From NCBI GenBank assembly GCA_965205025.1, contig CBDBFU010000013.1, positions 96,001 to 160,000 of the forward strand: 64,000 nucleotides of DNA, read 5' to 3'. Both the position numbers and the translations under genes were made by a program. This DNA is from Candidatus Poribacteria bacterium. GTDB taxonomy: Bacteria > Poribacteria > WGA-4E > WGA-3G. A model generated the notes under the pieces. That model searched no databases. It was given only the letters and a program-made list of their open reading frames with translations, and was not told the origin of the DNA. This document shows positions 21,770 through 30,647 of this stretch, one piece after another; position 1 is the first letter of the stretch, and each line of letters begins with the position of its first letter.

Positions 21770-21851
21770 AAAATAGAACAGAAATATAGTACGGGTGTTT
21801 AGAGTATATGATTTAAAATAGTTGGTTTTCTTTCAGATTTAGGAGGTTTAG

Positions 21852-23441
21852 ATGCAATTCAAGAATCAGAAAATACAAAATCACAGAATTAAGAAAAGAT
21901 ATACTTACTTTAGTTTTTGTGTCATTGCTATGATGTTATTACTTGGCTATAACTCCAGCAATACCATTGCTGAATCAGATGAAAAGGCTGTAGAAATTAG
22001 TCCTGCAAAGATAGGATATAAATATCAAGAAATAAAGAGTATCGCAAAAAAGAACACAAATGAAAATGACACTGAGACATTAGAGAATATAGTTACCAAA
22101 TCGCAGAATTTTATAGAGAATCACCCTAAATACAAACGTATAGATGAAGTATACTATTACCTTGGAAATGCATTAGTTCGGTTAGAACGAGTTGAAGAAG
22201 GGATTGCAGTATTTGAAACACTCTTTAAGGAAGATTCAGATGCGCGATTTGTGCCAACCATATTATTTGAATTAGGTTTGGCGTATGATAAGCTTGGAAA
22301 CCATGCAAAAGCTGATGAAGCATATAATAGTCTGATTGAACATCCAAAATATAGTAAACGTTCACAAGCGAAGAAAGTTAAAGAAATTCTTGAAATGGAT
22401 ATAGAATTACGGACAGGTGAGTTACCAAAACCTAAGTCATTAGGGGGTCAACCCAGTGAATGGATTGGAAAACCAGCACCTGAGTTTAAAGTAATGGATT
22501 TAAATGATGAAGAACTCACCTTGGATAAATATCATGGTCAGGTTGTTCTACTTGATTTTTGGGCTACATGGTGCGGTCCCTGTATTGGAGAACTTCCAAA
22601 TGTTAAAGCCACCTATGATAAATACAAAGACAAGAAGTTCCAAATTATTGGCATCAGTCTGGATAGGTCAAAACCCACACTTGAAGCATTTATTAAGGAA
22701 CAAAACCTTGGATGGGTTCACTATTTTGATCAAGAACGGAAGATAGCTGATCAATACGGTGTCACAGGTATTCCGTCAACCTTCCTACTTGATGGTGAAG
22801 GTATAATCCGTATGACGAATTTACGGGGAGGTGCACTTGAAATTGCAGTAGGTGAATTGGTTGAAGAAAATTTAAAGAATCCTCATCACGGACCTCATTC
22901 TAAGTCGGTACCTGCGACAAAGTTAATTAAACCAAACAATCCTACACCTACGAACCCACCTATTCCTTCAAGCAAACCAACTGGTTGGATAGGTAAACCT
23001 GCCCCAGATATTACGATAACCAATTTGAAAGGTGAAGAACTTTCTTTGGAAGATTTCAAAGGACAGGTAGTGTTACTTGATTTTTGGGCAACTTGGTGTG
23101 GTCCATGCATCACAGAAATACCGAAAGTCAAAAAGACTTATGAGAAGTATAAGGATCAGAAGTTTGAGATTATTGGAATAAGTCTTGATAGATCATTGAC
23201 TCCACTGACAGAATACATTCAACAAGAAGAACTGAATTGGCATCACTATTGGGATGAAGATCGCGAGATTAGAACTCTTTTTGGAGTTAGAGCAATTCCA
23301 TCAGCATTTTTGATTGACGGTGAAGGAATTATCCAAAAGGCGTATCTCGGTGGTTTTAACGTTGAAACTGCAGTCGCTGAACTGGTTGATAAGAATCTCA
23401 ACAAGGTTGATCAGACTCCTACTAATACTGAGGAAAAATAG
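21852..23441 (+). CDS. TPR + two TlpA-like redoxin domains
   Basis: Two DFWATWCGPC motifs separated by a Pro-rich linker. Confidence 0.88.
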   Translation: MQFKNQKIQNHRIKKRYTYFSFCVIAMMLLLGYNSSNTIAESDEKAVEISPAKIGYKYQEIKSIAKKNTNENDTETLENIVTKSQNFIENHPKYKRIDEVYYYLGNALVRLERVEEGIAVFETLFKEDSDARFVPTILFELGLAYDKLGNHAKADEAYNSLIEHPKYSKRSQAKKVKEILEMDIELRTGELPKPKSLGGQPSEWIGKPAPEFKVMDLNDEELTLDKYHGQVVLLDFWATWCGPCIGELPNVKATYDKYKDKKFQIIGISLDRSKPTLEAFIKEQNLGWVHYFDQERKIADQYGVTGIPSTFLLDGEGIIRMTNLRGGALEIAVGELVEENLKNPHHGPHSKSVPATKLIKPNNPTPTNPPIPSSKPTGWIGKPAPDITITNLKGEELSLEDFKGQVVLLDFWATWCGPCITEIPKVKKTYEKYKDQKFEIIGISLDRSLTPLTEYIQQEELNWHHYWDEDREIRTLFGVRAIPSAFLIDGEGIIQKAYLGGFNVETAVAELVDKNLNKVDQTPTNTEEK

Positions 23442-23539
23442 ATAACACCGACAATTAGATTTCCTTGATTTCTATACCGAACTAAGCAGATTATAGAGCA
23501 AGTTGAATCTTGTCCAAAAGTGACACTAAGGAACAATAG

Positions 23540-24040
23540 ATGATACGAATCGGTGTAATTCTAAAATTTGTTGTCTGTCTGTGTTTTTCTCTGATTATTT
23601 CTATTGCATTGGGACAAGATTCTAATCTCATGATGAATGAGACAGCAACATTACGAGGACAAATTGTAGATGCATCCCCACAACAGAATCCTATCGAAGG
23701 TGTTCGTGTTGAAATAGAAGGCACAGATGGTAAGATTTTCACTGTTTATACGGATAAAGATGGTAATTATAAAAAGACAGGCTTATCAGCTGGTCGATAC
23801 AAAATAAGCACACACAAGAAAGGATACGGTAGTATATTAGGTAGATCGGTGGTAGTTGCATCCGGTGGAGAAGGTTATGACCAAATTATGATGAGAAAAA
23901 GAATTACAATCTTTTCGTTCTTCTATAGAGGATTATTTATCAAAGCAGTATTTACTTGGCAACTCTTCGTAGGTTTTGCGTTGGGGTTTCTTGCAGCATT
24001 GTTGTTAAATTCCCTTCATACTCGTTCACAGGTAAGATAA
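23540..24040 (+). CDS. Carboxypeptidase regulatory-like domain membrane protein
   Basis: Signal peptide, G.IVD...PIEG..V...TDKDG.Y, C-terminal TM. Confidence 0.75.
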   Translation: MIRIGVILKFVVCLCFSLIISIALGQDSNLMMNETATLRGQIVDASPQQNPIEGVRVEIEGTDGKIFTVYTDKDGNYKKTGLSAGRYKISTHKKGYGSILGRSVVVASGGEGYDQIMMRKRITIFSFFYRGLFIKAVFTWQLFVGFALGFLAALLLNSLHTRSQVR

Positions 24041-25134
24041 TGGCAGAAGTTTCTCTGAAAGATGTTACAAAAGTTTATGAAGGAGATGTACTTGCCGTAG
24101 AACGCGCTAATTTTCATATCCCTGATGAGTCATTTACTGTTCTTGTTGGACCCTCAGGGTGTGGAAAATCTACTCTCTTAAGAATGATTGCTGGTTTGGA
24201 ACCGATTACGGAAGGTGATATTTATATTGACGATGAAATTGTGAATAATGTCCCACCCAAGGATAGAGATATTGCAATGGTATTCCAAAACTATGCTCTC
24301 TACCCCCACATGAGCGTGTATAAGAACATGGCTTTTGGATTGAAACTTAGAAAGTACTCAAAGACTGAAATTGACCAACGTGTAACCGAAGCTGCAGATA
24401 TACTCAATATCTCCCATCTTTTGAATCGTAAACCGAAACATCTATCTGGTGGAGAACGCCAACGTGTTGCTGTTGGTAGGGCAATTGTGCGTCAACCGAA
24501 AGTATTTTTGTTTGATGAACCTTTAAGCAACCTTGACGCAAAATTGCGTGTTCAGATGAGAATGGAAATCAGTCGTCTCCATGATCGGTTGAATGCTACT
24601 ATGATCTATGTCACCCATGACCAAGTTGAAGCTATGACAATGGGGGATCAGATAGTGGTATTGAATGAAGGGAAAATACAGCAAATTGCTGATCCTGGGA
24701 CGTTATACCGCAACCCCGAAAATCAATTTGTTGGTGGATTCATTGGTACCCCACCGATGAACTTTATCCAGACCAAGATATCAGGAAATGATGTGACTCA
24801 GCAACTGAGTTTTGAAGATTTCTCGCTTGAATTAAATCCCAAATTACAGACTGCATTGAATAGTCATTCTCCAGACACTGTCACGTTAGGTATACGTCCA
24901 GAGGATATCCAGATAGGTGGGAATGGGAAAAACCGTGTAATAACTCAGGTAGAACTGGTTGAACCCCTTGGAAACCATGCACTTCTATATCTTAAAACCG
25001 ATAAACACAATTTTGTAGCACAATCTAATATCATGGATTTACCCCAACACAACTCGTCTTTGACAGTCAGTTTTGATATTGACAAAGCACATCTTTTTCA
25101 TTCTGACACTGGTGAATCTTTAACAGTCGAATAG
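24040..25134 (+). CDS. Sugar/G3P ABC transporter ATP-binding protein (MalK/UgpC family)
   Basis: GPSGCGKST, VFQNYALYPHM, LSGGERQRVA, DEPLSNLD, VTHDQ; start overlaps upstream stop (TAATG). Confidence 0.93.
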   Translation: MAEVSLKDVTKVYEGDVLAVERANFHIPDESFTVLVGPSGCGKSTLLRMIAGLEPITEGDIYIDDEIVNNVPPKDRDIAMVFQNYALYPHMSVYKNMAFGLKLRKYSKTEIDQRVTEAADILNISHLLNRKPKHLSGGERQRVAVGRAIVRQPKVFLFDEPLSNLDAKLRVQMRMEISRLHDRLNATMIYVTHDQVEAMTMGDQIVVLNEGKIQQIADPGTLYRNPENQFVGGFIGTPPMNFIQTKISGNDVTQQLSFEDFSLELNPKLQTALNSHSPDTVTLGIRPEDIQIGGNGKNRVITQVELVEPLGNHALLYLKTDKHNFVAQSNIMDLPQHNSSLTVSFDIDKAHLFHSDTGESLTVE

Positions 25135-25139
25135 TTTAA
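25114..25139 (+). repeat. 26-bp direct repeat, copy 1 (3' end of ABC ATPase gene)
   Basis: gaatctttaacagtcgaatagtttaa, identical at 26455-26480. Confidence 0.85.
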
Positions 25140-25215
25140 TCAATTTGTTCTTCTTTACCCACATACATTTTTTTCTGCTTAAATCGGATGATGTAATAAC
25201 TGACCTATAAAGTTA

Positions 25216-25328
25216 TACTATTTCTATAAATTATTGTCTCATTAGGCGGTTATTATGGTAGTCATTTTCAGGGCACAAACTGAAAGTTTGTGGTACAAAA
25301 AAGAGACATTTTCAATTAGAAATGGTAT
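25216..25328. mobile_element. MITE family A (ends TACTATTTCTA / TAGAAATGGTA, TA flanks) with CACAAAC hairpin
   Basis: Close copies at 52206-52433 (interrupted) and 56979-57092; half copy 60797-60841; diverged copy 47648-47774. Confidence 0.85.
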
Positions 25329-26325
25329 TACGACTGTTTTTCAAAAGTACTTTGAGTTTACCCCACTGTGTACTTTTCTTTTCCATAGGTGAAACAGATA
25401 AAATATTGTCACTAATCCAGTCTTGTGACCAATCGTCCTCTGGATCGTTTGTAATGTTAGTTATCTGATCATTTGCAAGATGATACTTATAGATTTCAAT
25501 CTGCCGATCATCGGCTCCATATTCCTCAGCAGAAATCAAAACCTGCTTACCATTGTCGAACCAACATACCCTATGGATTAGCCACTTCTCAGGAGTTTTT
25601 AAAATGCGTCGATTTTTTAGACCGTATTCCTGGATTACAGCATTGTTAGAAATCAGTTTAAAACCCAGAACTGCTGGATCGTAGAATGCTTCAAAATACA
25701 GAACATATTTGCTATCTGGAGACCAACGTGGGGCATAACGAACCCACTTATCCCTGGGAACAAGTGGGTGCCTATCCGTACCATCTGATTTCATAACATA
25801 AATTGTGGTACCCTGTCTCGCAAGTGTTTGCCGGTATGCGATATACTTTCCATTGGGAGACCAATCAGGACCGGCAGCCAATTCATTTACATCCTGATTG
25901 TGGGTCAGTAGTTGAATTTCTCGTGTTACGATGTCTACCACATAAATGTTAGAATCTCTTTCATAAGCAATACGCCGTCCATCTGGTGCCCATGTGCAGT
26001 TCCCTGCTATATCTTCGGTGATCTGCTGTTCGTTGCTCCCGTCTCGATCAATGATAAATAGTCTTGGGTGTTGTCGCTTCGGAATTTTGAGGATATTTCT
26101 GAAAAACGCAATCCGTTTACCATCTGGAGACCAGACAGGTCCTCCATCCCATTGTGGACGCTGTGTATTCGTGAGTCTTTGCAAATTGGTGCCATCGTCA
26201 TCCATTACATAGATGTTGTCTCCACCGTCACGTTGCGATATGAAAACGATTTTCGCAATGGCAAGTCTGGGAACAAACAACACGATGCAGCAAACGACCA
26301 ATGTTTTAAGGCTTTTCATTATCAT
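25312..26325 (-). CDS. TolB-like beta-propeller (PD40 repeats), secreted, with Poribacteria-type C-terminal motif
   Basis: Repeated WSPDG motifs; SVSPMEKKSTQWGKLK. Confidence 0.85.
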   Translation of the reverse strand: MIMKSLKTLVVCCIVLFVPRLAIAKIVFISQRDGGDNIYVMDDDGTNLQRLTNTQRPQWDGGPVWSPDGKRIAFFRNILKIPKRQHPRLFIIDRDGSNEQQITEDIAGNCTWAPDGRRIAYERDSNIYVVDIVTREIQLLTHNQDVNELAAGPDWSPNGKYIAYRQTLARQGTTIYVMKSDGTDRHPLVPRDKWVRYAPRWSPDSKYVLYFEAFYDPAVLGFKLISNNAVIQEYGLKNRRILKTPEKWLIHRVCWFDNGKQVLISAEEYGADDRQIEIYKYHLANDQITNITNDPEDDWSQDWISDNILSVSPMEKKSTQWGKLKVLLKNSRNTISN

Positions 26326-26454
26326 ACCTCTCTATGTGTCAACACGTAGCGTATAGGTGGCACTCATAGTATAATGTCCATCTCTCGTAGCTTCAGTTCT
26401 ATTAACAGGTAATGAGAGACTTTGTGGGTGAGAATAGTTCCACTTGATACTTTC

Positions 26455-26480
26455 GAATCTTTAACAGTCGAATAGTTTAA
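26455..26480 (+). repeat. 26-bp direct repeat, copy 2
   Basis: Identical to 25114-25139. Confidence 0.85.
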
Positions 26481-26503
26481 CCTATCTGTTTCTACATTAG
26501 TCT

Positions 26504-27526
26504 CTACATTAACTCTTGAATTTGTCTCCAAGTCTCTTCGTCAATGGGAATTCCATCCCGTTCTCTTTTCTGTTTTTCATGCCAACCCCGTTCTCCTGGA
26601 ATCTGTATTGTGTCTACTCCTTCAGCAGTCTTGGCAGATTTTAGATAATCAACAAAACGTTCAATTTCTGCACTAAATCCTGAAAACTTCCGAAAACTCG
26701 CAACATTAATAACAAGGACAAACAACCCATTACCGACGCGTGCATCTTTATTTCTGCTACATCCTGCTTCTGAAAGTGCCCCTGCAAGAATATCAACAAT
26801 CACACTGAGACCGAATCCTTTATGGGCTGCAATTCCGCCAAACGGTAAAATCGATGCCGGTGGTTCTCTATAAAATTCTTCCACATCAGTCGTAGATTCA
26901 CCTTCGGCATTAATTAACCATCCTTCTGGTGCTGGTTCATTTAACTGTTGTTTCACGCGTATCTTTCCAGATGCTACCACACTCGTTGACATATCTAAAA
27001 CAATAGGATTTTGAGCGTCAATTGGAACGGCACAAGCTATTGGATTGGTAGAAAGTCTTCCTTCTGTTCCACCATAAGGTACGACACACGTTCCGCCTCC
27101 ATGATCATTGACTATAAGCAATCCTATCATATCCGCTTCAGCTGCAAGGCAGACATAACCACCTAACCTTCCTATTTCATTACATTGAGATACGGTAACA
27201 GTGCTAACATCTGTTTGTCTTGCTTTCTGAATTGCTAATTCAACAGCATGTGTTGCTATGACAGGACCAAAACCCCAATTACCATCCAATACAGAGATTG
27301 AAGCAGACTCCTGTATTGTATCAATTGAGGATCCAGGTATAATCAGACCTTCTTTTATTTCTTTTACATACTTCGGGAGATGGATTACACCGTGTGAATC
27401 GTGTCCAACGAGATTTGCATCCACCATAGAACGCGTAACGATTTCTGCATCAGATTCAGGGATATTTAGTTTTTCAAATACGGAGAGACAGATTGTTGTG
27501 AGTTCGTCTGAGGTGACATTTGGCAT
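26504..27526 (-). CDS. Ldh_2 family (malate/lactate/ureidoglycolate) dehydrogenase
   Basis: GHDSHG, DG..GFG, TNPIA, LDMSTS, HKGFGL, IPGE. Confidence 0.9.
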   Translation of the reverse strand: MPNVTSDELTTICLSVFEKLNIPESDAEIVTRSMVDANLVGHDSHGVIHLPKYVKEIKEGLIIPGSSIDTIQESASISVLDGNWGFGPVIATHAVELAIQKARQTDVSTVTVSQCNEIGRLGGYVCLAAEADMIGLLIVNDHGGGTCVVPYGGTEGRLSTNPIACAVPIDAQNPIVLDMSTSVVASGKIRVKQQLNEPAPEGWLINAEGESTTDVEEFYREPPASILPFGGIAAHKGFGLSVIVDILAGALSEAGCSRNKDARVGNGLFVLVINVASFRKFSGFSAEIERFVDYLKSAKTAEGVDTIQIPGERGWHEKQKRERDGIPIDEETWRQIQELM

Positions 27527-27555
27527 AACGAAGAATATAGGCAGGTATATTTTTT

Positions 27556-28374
27556 CTATTTCTGATTTAGAATTTCTGCTATCCGTCCTGCAAAACGGTA
27601 AGCACTGTTATCTTCGGGTTCATAACCTATTACTTTCCTGGCATTTGTTATACTCCAAAACTTATGTGAATTATCACTAATTCCGTAGAATATCTGGAAG
27701 GGAACACCGTTTTCATCTTCTATATTTTCTGTCTCAATACTCTTTACAAAAAGTTGCACCTGATCACGTACGCTTAGATATGCACCAAGTGCACGATGCA
27801 TCTTAGTATAGTTTTCGGCAGTGATATCATTCAGATCTGTTTCTCGTGGAGCACCGATCCGTATCTGTACATTCTGTAGGATTCTTCCTCTTGTATCTCC
27901 ATTGGCAAAAACAAAGCCGAGATGTTCATAAGCCTCCTTAGCCCATCCGTAGAAGTTATCAGACAAAGGACGCATTTCTGGTGAGACAAAATCCCATTTA
28001 CCTTCCCAAATAAGGTTTTCATAGTAATCTGCTGCATGATTTGAACTACAGACTACGACACGACGAACATCCATTTCAAGTGAGGTTTGATAGACATTGT
28101 ATGCCATCTGAACATTGTTCAGCTCATTCTCGAATCCACCACCTTGGAATGCACAATGAACCACAGCATCTACACCTTCGAAATATTGTTGATATACATC
28201 TCGGTCAGGATCACTCACATCAACGATGTGAATATCAGCAACCTCTTCACCTTGTCGGTTGGTATTCCTTACATCAAGAAGTACAAGATCATATTTTTCG
28301 CGAAATGCTTGCAGCATCCGTCCTGCGATATATCCACCTGCACCAGTGATGAGAACTTTTCTATGGTTTGGCAT
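27556..28374 (-). CDS. NAD-dependent epimerase/dehydratase (uronate dehydrogenase-like SDR)
   Basis: ITGAGG.I, SSNHA, YG.AK, RIG, LS.RD. Confidence 0.85.
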   Translation of the reverse strand: MPNHRKVLITGAGGYIAGRMLQAFREKYDLVLLDVRNTNRQGEEVADIHIVDVSDPDRDVYQQYFEGVDAVVHCAFQGGGFENELNNVQMAYNVYQTSLEMDVRRVVVCSSNHAADYYENLIWEGKWDFVSPEMRPLSDNFYGWAKEAYEHLGFVFANGDTRGRILQNVQIRIGAPRETDLNDITAENYTKMHRALGAYLSVRDQVQLFVKSIETENIEDENGVPFQIFYGISDNSHKFWSITNARKVIGYEPEDNSAYRFAGRIAEILNQK

Positions 28375-28410
28375 CTATTTTACTATTCCTGTTGTTGGGT
28401 ATAATGAAGT

Positions 28411-29175
28411 TTAGGAAGTTGGTTTATGTGCTGCAATCTTTTGTTCAATTTCTTGTATTATCCTCTTCATCAAAGGATGAGAAGGAGTCATCTTAAATGC
28501 GATTTCATACAAACCATGAATACTATGCTTGACTCGCCTATTTGTCTCGCTGAGAAATCGAACTAACATTTGGAAAAGAAGTTTTCCTCTTAATTGTAGT
28601 TGATACGCATCTTTTATTTGTTGTTGAAGTTCTGATTTAGGGGGGAGAAAACCTCGACGTTGACGAAAACCATCGTCTATTTCGGTTTGACCTTGAGGAA
28701 CAACCTCATTACAATGGTGATTAAATTCTGGAGTTCTACCAGCTAAAAATTCCTCAACTTCAAATGTAAACCATTCAATGATTGTACTTAGTAGTTGCTC
28801 ATGTTCAGCTGCTTCCTGAAGATCCATCAAGGTTTCTAAATTTGGATCAGTTCCAGCATATAGGTCATTCTCAATGCTATATCCTTTAGTCCAAATGATT
28901 TCGTCATAGCCAATTGGTAGTTGTGAGAATATTTCTTTATCTTGATCAGCGATAAAAGCAACAGGTAGATGGTCAAATTCGTTCTTTCTATCATAAACAG
29001 AGAAAAGATTAGGTCTTCCACCTACACTAAGAATATCTACTTCATTGAGATTAATCAGGTTTTCCATCCACCGAAATATTTGCATATCATCTCTACCTTC
29101 CACAATAACCGTTGGAAGTTTTGATCTGTGAAGAATAGAAACTAATTCATCCACCGAAGGTTGTGGTTGTGACAC
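28411..29175 (-). CDS. DUF4435 / TOPRIM nuclease-like protein (PARIS AriB-like)
   Basis: IVEGRDD, IADQD, YSIENDLY; GTG start overlaps the ATPase stop. Confidence 0.75.
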   Translation of the reverse strand: MSQPQPSVDELVSILHRSKLPTVIVEGRDDMQIFRWMENLINLNEVDILSVGGRPNLFSVYDRKNEFDHLPVAFIADQDKEIFSQLPIGYDEIIWTKGYSIENDLYAGTDPNLETLMDLQEAAEHEQLLSTIIEWFTFEVEEFLAGRTPEFNHHCNEVVPQGQTEIDDGFRQRRGFLPPKSELQQQIKDAYQLQLRGKLLFQMLVRFLSETNRRVKHSIHGLYEIAFKMTPSHPLMKRIIQEIEQKIAAHKPTS

Positions 29176-30449
29176 TAACTCTCTCCGCGATTATCGTCTA
29201 ACATAAATTCTTTGTCAGGAAATTTCGTATAAATGAATGGTGAATGTGTAGCAACGAAAAATTGATTACTTTGTCCTTGATCCAGCAAAGTCGGAAATAA
29301 ACGTCGCTGCCAATCTACATTTAGACTAAGTTCCGGCTCATCAATGAAGATAGTTGTATTCTTGTAAAATGCATTGTAACAAAGAAAACTGAGCATCTGC
29401 TTCTCACCGGAAGATAGTTTGTTAGAAGATATTGCATGTTCAACGATACTCAGAGTAACCCCATGAGTGCCTTCACTAAGTGTGAGTCCTTCTATATCTT
29501 CACCACGTGAAACCTGTCCAGTAACATGTACCGCTCGATATTTAAGTATATTCCTTGTAAGATCAGATAATACAGAGAAAGGTTGAAGCAATTCTTCACG
29601 ATTGTTTGTTACACGATCAACTATATTTAGTATGTGTTCTAATTCTTGCCGGGTATTTTTAAATATGTTAGATTCAGACTCCTCCTCATCCTCAAAGTAT
29701 TTTTTAATTCTCTGATCAATTTCTTGAAACGATTTTACTTGTAATTCATCTATCCTTTTAGAAATTGGAACGAATTTTTGAGTTAACAACGCAGCAATAT
29801 CGTTAGTTGAAATTGAGGCAATAAATTTATGACCAAAGACTGACACTTCAGATGAAAGTTCTGACATGGCATCTTGAAGTCTTTCCATCGTACGATCTGT
29901 TTGTACTCTCCTGACAAAACTTGAGGAATTAGGCGATTGTCTAATTACTTGACTACTTGAGACACCTCCCTCAATTCTTCTGTAGGTAGGAAAAAAGAGA
30001 CTTTTACTAAGCTGAGTAACTATTCGTCTGTTCAAAGTATTTAAGTCTATAGCATCCTCATTTGGTTCAAGGAACCCAGTTTCTGGATCAACTATTACAA
30101 CTATTGATACATCTTTTTCATATTGTTGGCTATTTTCGGATTTCAGATCTATAGAACTATCACTAGACGCAGTATATTTATCACTATTAAACTCACATTC
30201 AAAAGACACTTTTTCAGGTGTCGTATAAGTTATGTTTAATGAAAATTGATCTGTATCAATTGAGACATACTGGAAAGAAATCTCAGGCATAATACGTTCT
30301 AGATTTCCACTGATTAAATACCATATCAACTTCAGCAATGTCGTTTTACCTGAGCCGTTTGGCCCAGTAAATATGTTCAAGTCTTCATTGAACTCAAATG
30401 ATTGGCTAAGTTTATTATTAAGCCCCTTAACTTCAAGGAATCGTATCAT
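29175..30449 (-). CDS. AAA_15/AAA_21 ABC-type ATPase (PARIS AriA-like)
   Basis: GPNGSGKT, LSSGEKQ, IFIDEPE, ATHSP. Confidence 0.85.
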   Translation of the reverse strand: MIRFLEVKGLNNKLSQSFEFNEDLNIFTGPNGSGKTTLLKLIWYLISGNLERIMPEISFQYVSIDTDQFSLNITYTTPEKVSFECEFNSDKYTASSDSSIDLKSENSQQYEKDVSIVVIVDPETGFLEPNEDAIDLNTLNRRIVTQLSKSLFFPTYRRIEGGVSSSQVIRQSPNSSSFVRRVQTDRTMERLQDAMSELSSEVSVFGHKFIASISTNDIAALLTQKFVPISKRIDELQVKSFQEIDQRIKKYFEDEEESESNIFKNTRQELEHILNIVDRVTNNREELLQPFSVLSDLTRNILKYRAVHVTGQVSRGEDIEGLTLSEGTHGVTLSIVEHAISSNKLSSGEKQMLSFLCYNAFYKNTTIFIDEPELSLNVDWQRRLFPTLLDQGQSNQFFVATHSPFIYTKFPDKEFMLDDNRGES

Positions 30450-30647
30450 GTGTTTTACCTTTTTAAGTCAATTCCTGTTCTTGTTACAAATTTTGGGTAT
30501 AAATCATGGTTCAGTAACGATATTTATATTGTATTGCCCAAACTCAAGATGGGATCTATCAAGTGAAAATTCTTAAAACTAAATATCGATGTTTTGTTCT
30601 GAACCACCTATCAATATGCAATAATGAGATTTCCTACTTATCAAACT

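Noticed and set aside
30507-30606. Possible MITE (TGGTTCAG...CTGAACCA) upstream of the PARIS-like ATPase
   Set aside because: Short imperfect ends, no TSD and no second copy in the window.
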